13,493 bases of DNA from a virus (lineage: Duplodnaviria; Heunggongvirae; Uroviricota; Caudoviricetes). Where the stretch lies: the IMG/VR virus record IMGVR_UViG_2690316346_000006, positions 1 to 13,493 of that record. The stretch is one strand, 5' to 3'. Below the pieces are notes generated by a model, which did not search any database, was not told the DNA's origin, and saw nothing but the letters and a program-made list of their open reading frames with translations. Positions 7,276 to 13,442 of this stretch are shown piece by piece. The first letter of the stretch is position 1. Every line of letters starts with the position of its first letter. The position numbers and the translations under genes are program-made.

Positions 7276-7578
7276 TTAACGCGTATTTTTCAGCGACTCC
7301 TGTGCAAAATACGCTGTTGCTTTTTTTAATATATCTCGCTCAAGGCGAGCTTCATTTAACGCCTTACGCAGTTGCAGAATTTCAGATTCCAGTTCAGCCA
7401 CCGTGCGGGAACCAGGAGTACCGAGCCCTTTTCTGGCGGCGGTAACCCATTGTCCTAAAGTGCCTTCAGGAAGAGATAATCGGGAAGCGCCTTCACTGAT
7501 CGAAAGTTGATTTTCAAGAACCGTTCTGACAGCTTCGGCTTTGAACTCTTTAGAGTAACGTTGGGTTTTTCTGCTCAT
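7276..7578 (-). CDS. IS3-family transposase OrfA (HTH part)
   Basis: 100 aa, MSRKTQRYSKEFKAEAVRTV..., which I recognise as IS600/IS3-group OrfA. Confidence 0.8.
   Translation of the reverse strand: MSRKTQRYSKEFKAEAVRTVLENQLSISEGASRLSLPEGTLGQWVTAARKGLGTPGSRTVAELESEILQLRKALNEARLERDILKKATAYFAQESLKNTR
7320..7327 (-). promoter_or_regulatory. programmed -1 ribosomal frameshift site (A AAA AAG) within the orfA/orfB overlap of the IS3-family element
   Basis: Minus-strand sequence TTAAAAAAAGC lies where orfA and orfB overlap, as is typical of IS3-family elements. Confidence 0.6.
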
Positions 7579-7698
7579 TATTAGCTCCTTCTGATGCCAT
7601 TCTATTTCAGGAAGGAGTGTCCGTTAAACTCAGGCTACCTCAGGTTATTCGCTTCTGGGCATGGGCGGATCAACAAATGATAGACGGTAATGCAGATT

Positions 7699-7950
7699 GT
7701 AACGCTCGCGGCGTTACAAAAAGTGCAATAGATCGCATCACTTTTATGTCTGGTTTTGCTGATGCGTTAATTCAGGTTGGATGGCTGGTCGAAAATGACG
7801 GAGGGCTTTCTCTACCTAACTTTGAACGTCATAACGGAAAAAGCTCTAAAAAAAACGGGCGGTTACAAACGAGCGAGTAACAAAAATACGCGAACTGAAA
7901 CGAAAAGGTAACGCTGCCAGCGTTACACAAACGGATCAAAAAGCGTTACC
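7699..7950 (+). repeat. putative origin 2 binding sites: two copies of the palindrome GTAACGC-N5-GCGTTAC (7699-7717, 7908-7926) plus half-sites at 7862-7866 and 7943-7949
   Basis: Read directly from the sequence. Located inside the linker-coding region of initiator 2, analogous to the iterons inside initiator 1 but of a different sequence. Confidence 0.45.
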
Positions 7951-7952
7951 AG

Positions 7953-8000
7953 AGGAAGAGGAAGAGGAAGAGGAAGAGGAAGAGGAAGAGGAAGAGGAAG
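7953..8000 (+). repeat. perfect tandem hexanucleotide repeat (AGGAAG)8; encodes Glu16 in the frame that appears to be coding for the initiator 2 linker
   Basis: 48 bp of uninterrupted AGGAAG units counted directly from the sequence. Confidence 0.9.
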
Positions 8001-8355
8001 ATCTAAATACTGATCTCCCCCTCGCCAAAAACGAGCGTCTAAAAAATTCGAGCCGGAGGCTATTGAGCTGCCCGATTGGTTGCCGGAAACACTCTGGCAT
8101 GAGTGGGTCCGGTTCAGACAGGCATTGCGAAAACCGATTCGAACGGAGCAGGGCGCTAACGGGGCGATACGGGAACTGGAAAAATTCCGTCAGCAGGGTT
8201 TTACACCTGAGCAGGTGATTCGACACAGCATCGCCAATGAATACCAGGGCCTGTTCGCGCCGAAAGGTGTTCGGCCTGAGACGTTGCTCCGACAGGTTAA
8301 CACCGTCTCGTTGCCGGACAGTGCGATCCCGCCAGGCTTCAGGGGGTAACGGACC

Positions 8356-9102
8356 ATGAAAAATATTGCGACAGGCGGCGTTCTGGAACGCATCCGCCGA
8401 CTGACCCCGCCACATGTAACCGCCCCATTCAGAACGGTAGCGGAGTGGCGCGAGTGGCAACTTGCTGAAGGCCAGAAACGTAGCGAGGAGATCAACCGCC
8501 TGAATCGCCAGTTGCGGGTGGAAAAAATTCTGAATCGCTCAGGCATCCAGCCGTTGCACCGTAAATGCTCGTTTGCGAATTACCAGGTGCAGAACGACGG
8601 CCAGCGATACGCGTTAAGCCAGGCGAAATCCATCGCCGATGAACTGATGACCGGGTGTACAAATTTTGCGTTCAGCGGAAAACCTGGTACCGGGAAGAAT
8701 CACTTAGCGGCAGCTATCGGGAATCGCCTGCTGAAAGACGGTCAGACAGTGATTGTGGTTACCGTGGCTGATGTTATGAGCGCCCTGCACGCCAGCTATG
8801 ACGACGGGCAGTCAGGCGAAAAATTTTTGCGGGAGCTGTGCGAAGTGGATCTGCTGGTTCTTGATGAAATTGGCATTCAGCGCGAGACGAAAAACGAGCA
8901 GGTGGTGCTGCACCAGATTGTTGATCGCCGGACAGCGTCGATGCGCAGCGTGGGGATGCTGACAAACCTGAACTATGAGGTGATGAAAACATTGCTCGGC
9001 GAGCGGGTGATGGATCGCATGGTCATGAACGGCGGGCGCTGGGTGAATTTTAACTGGGAGAGCTGGCGTCCGAATGTTAGCCATTCGAGGGTTGTTAAGT
9101 AG
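8356..9102 (+). CDS. DnaC-like helicase loader, copy 2 (roughly 85% amino-acid identity to copy 1 by eye)
   Basis: 248 aa with SGKPGTGKNHLAAA and DLLVLDEIG motifs; same length and architecture as 3937-4683. Confidence 0.85.
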   Translation: MKNIATGGVLERIRRLTPPHVTAPFRTVAEWREWQLAEGQKRSEEINRLNRQLRVEKILNRSGIQPLHRKCSFANYQVQNDGQRYALSQAKSIADELMTGCTNFAFSGKPGTGKNHLAAAIGNRLLKDGQTVIVVTVADVMSALHASYDDGQSGEKFLRELCEVDLLVLDEIGIQRETKNEQVVLHQIVDRRTASMRSVGMLTNLNYEVMKTLLGERVMDRMVMNGGRWVNFNWESWRPNVSHSRVVK

Positions 9103-9116
9103 TTTCAGGAGGATTT

Positions 9117-9539
9117 ATGGCGAAACCTTTTACTCCCGAACAGCGGGAAGAACTGAAGACGCGAATTGTGGAACTCGTGCATCAGGACGGTCGGGTCACG
9201 ATTCGGCAGTTGTCAGATGAAACAGGTATCAGTCGTGCGTCTGTCGGTCGCTTATGCATAGAACTGGTCGCAAGTGGTGATGTATATAATTCTGGCTACG
9301 GCTTATTCCCGTCTGAACAGGCTCGCAAGGACTGGCAAAGCGCCCGCAAAAAACTCTCGAGAGTAAAGGTGAGGAAACCGGTTGTTGTTGATCCGGACCT
9401 TATCTGGTCATTACCTGACGGAGAAATACGCCGCTACGACAGGCGCCTGAATATAATCTGTCGCGAGTGCCGGAAGAGCGAAGCTATGCAGCGTGTACTG
9501 GCTTTCTATCAGGGTAATTTTCAGGAGGCGATACTGTGA
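9117..9539 (+). CDS. hypothetical protein, paralog of 5446-5868 with a diverged N-terminus
   Basis: 140 aa; C-terminal region (ELVASGDVYNSGYGLFPSEQARKDWQ ... IICRECRKSE ...) nearly identical to copy 1. Confidence 0.6.
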   Translation: MAKPFTPEQREELKTRIVELVHQDGRVTIRQLSDETGISRASVGRLCIELVASGDVYNSGYGLFPSEQARKDWQSARKKLSRVKVRKPVVVDPDLIWSLPDGEIRRYDRRLNIICRECRKSEAMQRVLAFYQGNFQEAIL

Positions 9540-10007
9540 ATGAAATTAGCTATCAGGCTTCAATTACCGCTGGCATTCGCATCAAAGGAGAGGAGCATGG
9601 AAATAAAACCAGAAGATGAGTTAAGCAATATTGTTTTATTTCCGGTAAAAGAGGATAACCCACGTAATCAGGTTAATTTTCTTTATGAACCATCGGAAAG
9701 ACCATATTGCCATCACGCCTCTGTCCGGGTTGACGAAAAAGAGCGTCAGGTCCGCTGTAAAATTTGCGGTGCAGTTGTGGAGCCATTTGACTGGATGCTC
9801 TCTGTGGCGAAAAGAGAAACCAGACTGGCAGATGATGTAAGGCTATTGCGCCAGGAGGAACAGGAAAGGCGGAGAAATATAGAAAAGCTGATACAGATTG
9901 AGCGTAACGCGAAAGCGCGGATACGCGGTAATGACTCCAACTTATTGATAGTGTTTTATGTTCAGATAATGCCCGATGACTTTGTCATGCAGCTCCACCG
10001 ATTTTGA
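9540..10007 (+). pseudogene. zinc-ribbon small gene copy B, 3'-truncated at 9925 by IS1; the ORF reads on into IS1, giving a chimeric 26-aa tail
   Basis: Homology to copy A ends exactly at the IS1 end (...gcgcggatacgc|ggtaatgac). Translation continues ...ARIR then [26 protein letters not shown] from the IS1 sequence. Confidence 0.7.
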
Positions 10008-10445
10008 GAACGACAGCGACTTCCGTCCCAGCCGTGCCAGGTGCTGCCTCAGATTCAGGTTATGCCGCTCAATTCGCTGCGTATATCGCTTGCTGATTAC
10101 GTGCAGCTTTCCCTTCAGGCGGGATTCATACAGCGGCCAGCCATCCGTCATCCATATCACCACGTCAAAGGGTGACAGCAGGCTCATAAGACGCCCCAGC
10201 GTCGCCATAGTGCGTTCACCGAATACGTGCGCAACAACCGTCTTCCGGAGACTGTCATACGCGTAAAACAGCCAGCGCTGGCGCGATTTAGCCCCGACAT
10301 AGCCCCACTGTTCGTCCATTTCCGCGCAGACGATGACGTCACTGCCCGGCTGTATGCGCGAGGTTACCGACTGCGGCCTGAGTTTTTTAAGTGACGTAAA
10401 ATCGTGTTGAGGCCAACGCCCATAATGCGTGCAGTTGCCCGGCAT
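9942..10445 (-). CDS. insB: IS1 InsB (expressed as an InsAB' fusion by frameshifting)
   Basis: 167 aa, ...[62 protein letters not shown]..., recognised as IS1 InsB. Confidence 0.9.
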
Positions 10446-10639
10446 CCAACGCCATTCATGGCCATATCAATGATTTTCTGGTGCGTACCGGGTTGAGAAG
10501 CGGTGTAAGTGAACTGCAGTTGCCATGTTTTACGGCAGTGAGAGCAGAGATAGCGCTGATGTCCGGCAGTGCTTTTGCCGTTACGCACCACCCCGTCAGT
10601 AGCTGAACAGGAGGGACAGCTGATAGAAACAGAAGCCAC
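10364..10639 (-). CDS. insA: IS1 InsA
   Basis: 91 aa, [42 protein letters not shown]..., recognised as IS1 InsA. Confidence 0.9.
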
Positions 10640-10694
10640 TGGAGCACCTCAAAAACACCATCATACACTAAATCAGTAAGTTGGCAGCATCACC

Positions 10695-11035
10695 AAGATG
10701 AGTTAAGCAATATCGTTTTATTTCCGGTAAAAGAGGATGACCCTCGTAATCAGGTTAATTTTCTTTATGAGCCATCGGAAAGACCATATTGCCATCACGC
10801 CTCTGTACGGGTTGACGAAAAAGAGCGTCAGGTCCGCTGTAAAATCTGCGGTGCGGTTGTGGAGCCGTTTGACTGGATGCTCTCTGTGGCAAAAAGAGAA
10901 ACCAGACTGGCAGATGATGTAAGGCTATTGCGCCAGGAGGAACAGGAAAGGCGGAGAAATATAGAAAAGCTGATACAGATTGAGCGTAACGCGAAAGCGC
11001 GGATACGCAGGGCGACAAAATCCAGAACTGAATAA
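10695..11035 (+). pseudogene. zinc-ribbon small gene copy C, 5'-truncated (lacks the first ~5 codons); mosaic of copies A and B
   Basis: Begins abruptly at the IS1 end with aagatgagttaagc..., matching codon 6 onward of copy A. Its 5' half carries copy-A-type variants and its 3' half copy-B-type variants. Stop at 11033-11035. Confidence 0.65.
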
Positions 11036-11104
11036 TTAAATTTAGCACTGTTAAAAATTTAATCCTTAACCGGAGGGATTTCTGCACCCTCAAATCATCA
11101 GGAG

Positions 11105-11122
11105 ACCGCCCGAAAGGGCGGT
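11105..11122 (+). other. stable GC-rich hairpin with a GAAA tetraloop (ACCGCCC-gaaa-GGGCGGT), 5 nt upstream of the ATG at 11128
   Basis: Read directly from the sequence. No U-run follows, so it is not a canonical terminator; it could occlude a ribosome-binding region or stabilise an mRNA. Confidence 0.4.
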
Positions 11123-11127
11123 AATGA

Positions 11128-11346
11128 ATGGTTACATTATTTAGAAAAAAATATCCGCGAAAGAGTAGAACAACAGAATTCCTGTTTCTCATTCTGTTTA
11201 TCGTGTTGATGACACCGATATCCCCGCTAATTTTTGTCTGGATAATCGGAAAAATAATTGAGCCAGTTATTGAATTGTATAACGACGTGGTATGGGCGTC
11301 ATTCAACACACTGCACAATAAAATTAATCCGTATAAGGAAAGCTGA
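11128..11346 (+). CDS. small hydrophobic (probably membrane) protein, 72 aa
   Basis: ORF track; hydrophobic core FLFLILFIVLMTPISPLIFVWIIG. No clear Shine-Dalgarno, so the call is tentative. Confidence 0.35.
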   Translation: MVTLFRKKYPRKSRTTEFLFLILFIVLMTPISPLIFVWIIGKIIEPVIELYNDVVWASFNTLHNKINPYKES

Positions 11347-11713
11347 TATGGCACTGACGAAAAAACAACGTGCAGAACTGCGCATGAAGTTCGGTGGTCG
11401 CTGCGCTTATTGCGGCTGCGAACTTGGCGAAAAGTGGCATGCAGACCATGTAAAACCGGTCATTCGTTTTGATGGAAATATGCTTCACCAGGAACGTGAC
11501 GATATATCCAACATGGTACCAGCATGCCACCCATGCAATCTGCACAAGCATTGCAGTAGCCTGGAAGATTATCGACGAATTATCAGTGATGGTCGTCGTG
11601 AATTCCTTGCGTCCGGGAAAGGCAAAGCGCTGGTTCGTATGGGATTGGTTGAAATGAAATCTGACCCGGTTGTGTTCTGGTTTGAAAAATATCAAGAAGG
11701 GGCTACGGCATGA
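11347..11713 (+). CDS. HNH endonuclease
   Basis: ATG at 11347 with AAGGAAA upstream (ORF track extends to 11258). Motifs CAYCGC ... HADH ... N ... ACHPCNLHKH are typical of HNH nucleases. Confidence 0.75.
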
Positions 11714-12375
11714 CCACTATTACCAAAGAGCGACTGCAATGGCTGGCTAACATTTCTGGCCGCGATGATATTGACGATATAGACGGCGGTGAAATTCGTG
11801 AACTGGCGCTTATCGCTCTGGCATCACTGGAAGCAGAGCCTGTAGCGGAATGCATTGTTGAAGATGGGGGCATGTGTATTGACGGGTTCGGTGAGTATGT
11901 GGGTCACTCGCTGCCTGATGGAATGCATGAGCTTTATGCTGCCCCGCGAATGCGACAACCTGATGGATGGAAAGCCGTAGCTGTAGCGTGGAAGGTGACG
12001 TTTACTCAAGTTGACCAGGAATCTAATACGTTCACTGCTATATATTTTGACAAAGCGGAAGTTGAGTGTTGGGTACGACTGCATAAAGCATGTGATTTTC
12101 GGGCAGATATAACACCGCTTTACGCAGCGCCGGCAGTGCCGGTTGCAGTAAACGACGACATGGCTTACGCATTCCATCACGCACTGTCAGATTCATCGCT
12201 TGGCTCTGATGAAATCGAAGAAATTAAAACCGGTTTGCGTGCTGCCTTTGCCAACGTCACTATCCAACCAGAGCCGATAGTGCCGGATGAAATCGGGCCA
12301 AACGATAGTAATACGTTTGATTATGTTGATGGCTGGAACGCCTGCCGCGCTGCCATGCTTAAGGGAGATAAATAA
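11710..12375 (+). CDS. hypothetical phage protein, 221 aa, acidic
   Basis: ORF track; start overlaps the HNH stop (ATGA). No motif recognised. Confidence 0.6.
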   Translation: MTTITKERLQWLANISGRDDIDDIDGGEIRELALIALASLEAEPVAECIVEDGGMCIDGFGEYVGHSLPDGMHELYAAPRMRQPDGWKAVAVAWKVTFTQVDQESNTFTAIYFDKAEVECWVRLHKACDFRADITPLYAAPAVPVAVNDDMAYAFHHALSDSSLGSDEIEEIKTGLRAAFANVTIQPEPIVPDEIGPNDSNTFDYVDGWNACRAAMLKGDK

Positions 12376-12740
12376 TGATTAATCGAACCAAACTGGAGCA
12401 CATTCTCGAATATGCCAGGCAGCAGAAATGTATTGGGCAACTTTGTAAAATTCCACCAGGAGATATGGTTGAAATCGTGGAAATGGCCATGCGTAAGGCT
12501 GGCAACTCTCCGGTAGCTCCGGCTGGCTGGATAAGCTGTAGTGATGCAGTTCCTGCTGAATATTGCGATGTGATTCTTCTCGATGATCTCGGGAATGTAT
12601 TCCCCGGTTCCTGGGATAAGGTTTTTTGCCCCACTCGTGGCGGGAATAAGATGGCTTTTGTGGACAAAGACGGCGTTGAAGTAGAGAGCTCAACTCACTG
12701 GATGCCGCTACCGGAACCACCGCAGGAGGTGAATCAATGA
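12375..12740 (+). CDS. hypothetical phage protein with a DUF551-like C-terminus
   Basis: 121 aa; WISCSDAVP ... THWMPLPEPP resembles the DUF551 signature as I recall it. Confidence 0.6.
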   Translation: MINRTKLEHILEYARQQKCIGQLCKIPPGDMVEIVEMAMRKAGNSPVAPAGWISCSDAVPAEYCDVILLDDLGNVFPGSWDKVFCPTRGGNKMAFVDKDGVEVESSTHWMPLPEPPQEVNQ

Positions 12741-12820
12741 CCTGGCCTGAGGCATTCACCACGGTAGGAATTGCGATGGCGGTGGCGCTGGTGGTGTATT
12801 CGATTTGCCGTTGGGGTTAA
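12737..12820 (+). CDS. unlisted small ORF, 27 aa (MTWPEAFTTVGIAMAVALVVYSICRWG), predicted single transmembrane helix
   Basis: Perfect Shine-Dalgarno AGGAGGTGA 6 nt upstream of the ATG at 12737. Start overlaps the upstream stop (ATGA). A rho-independent terminator follows immediately. Below the length cut-off of the ORF track. Confidence 0.5.
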   Translation: MTWPEAFTTVGIAMAVALVVYSICRWG

Positions 12821-12825
12821 CAAAC

Positions 12826-12857
12826 AAAAACCCCGGATTGATGGTCCGGGGTTTTTG
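12826..12857 (+). terminator. rho-independent terminator (AAAAA-CCCCGGA-ttgatgg-TCCGGGG-TTTTT), potentially bidirectional
   Basis: 7-bp GC-rich stem, 7-nt loop and a T5 run, read directly from the sequence; 6 bp after the stop of the small ORF. Confidence 0.8.
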
Positions 12858-13195
12858 AAGGAAACAAAACAGAAACAGCAATTGCCGTTACCTGTTGTTA
12901 CCATGGCAAGTAAACGTATCTCAGGCGAGCGCATTGCGCCGTTCTGACGCAGATAAACTAGCCTGGATAGATGGTGCTGGCAATAAAAAATAGCGTTTTC
13001 TTATCGGTGTCGGTAAGATTGCTGCGGGTGCTTGAGGCTGTCTGCCTCGGGTATGTCACTGTAAGGCAGACAGAGAAAAGCCCCAGTTAACATTACGCGT
13101 CCTGCAAGACGCTTAACATTAATCTGAGGCCCAATCTATGTCTCACAAATGTAGGTTAGCCTCTTACGTGCCGAAAGGCAAGGAGAAGCAGGCTA

Positions 13196-13350
13196 TGAAG
13201 CAGCAAAAGGCGATGTTAATCGCCCTGATCGTCATCTGTTTAACCGTCATTGTGACGGCACTGGTAACGAGGAAAGACCTCTGCGAGGTACGAATCCGAA
13301 TCGGCCAGACGGAGGTCGCTGTTTTCGTAGACTACGAATCTAGAGAGTAA
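13196..13350 (+). CDS. hok: Hok/Gef-family type I toxin (closest by memory to HokD/RelF or HokC)
   Basis: MKQQKAMLIALIVICLTVIVTALVTRKDLCEVRIRIGQTEVAVFVDYESRE; AAGGAG lies 9 nt upstream of the ATG at 13196. The ORF track extends in frame to an ATG at 13138. Confidence 0.85.
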
Positions 13351-13442
13351 GAGTGACCAGGCGGGAGAGTAATCTCCCGCCACCTTTGATGTGTCAGGCA
13401 TCCTCAACGCACCCGCACTTAACCCGTTTCGGCGGTTTTTTT

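Larger units (their letters stand above)
6379..7642 (-). mobile_element. IS3-family insertion sequence, IS600-like, 1264 bp, complete
   Basis: Imperfect terminal inverted repeats TGAGGTGTACTGGCAATAGCGGACACT (6379-) and reverse complement TGAGGTAGCCTGAGTTTAACGGACACT (-7642). Contains orfA and orfB with an A7G slippery site. Flanking triplets AGA and GGT do not form a target-site duplication. Confidence 0.8.
6359..8349 (+). pseudogene. replication initiator 2, disrupted: in-frame IS3-family insertion after codon 7 plus two apparent single-base frameshifts
   Basis: ATG at 6359 with GGGAGA upstream encodes MPREHE-, continues in frame across the IS element as -EVIRFWAWADQQ..., and stops at 7880. 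Coding potential then moves to frame 2 at an A8 run (7848-7855) and to frame 1 near an A6 run (8041-8046), ending ...SAIPPGFRG at 8349. Confidence 0.55.
9926..10694 (-). mobile_element. IS1, complete copy (about 768 bp) in minus orientation, with no flanking target-site duplication
   Basis: Both terminal inverted repeats recognised (GGTAATGACTCC... at 9926 and ...GGCAGCATCACC ending at 10694); contains insA and insB. Flanks are cggatacgc and aagatgagt. Confidence 0.9.

Noticed and set aside
7953-8000. Possible CRISPR array or tRNA-like element in the repetitive tract
   Set aside because: The repeats are contiguous 6-bp units with no spacers and no cas genes nearby, so this is a simple sequence repeat. 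I saw no cloverleaf-capable tRNA-like sequence anywhere in the window.
7936-8460. 174-aa minus-strand ORF ending in a poly-Ser tract
   Set aside because: The poly-Ser is simply the reverse-frame reading of the (AGGAAG)8 repeat. The ORF is antisense to the initiator 2 C-terminal region and the start of the DnaC-like copy 2 gene.
10755-11354. 199-aa minus-strand ORF spanning zinc-ribbon copy C and the small membrane ORF
   Set aside because: Its C-terminal part duplicates the antisense ORF 6002-6394 found opposite copy A, so it is a reverse-frame artefact of the repeated gene rather than an independent protein.
13420-13442. Canonical rho-independent terminator after the hok-like gene
   Set aside because: A T7 run is present but the preceding stem is only 3-4 bp, so I could not support a confident terminator call. 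The IS1 insertion may have disrupted the original 3' structure.
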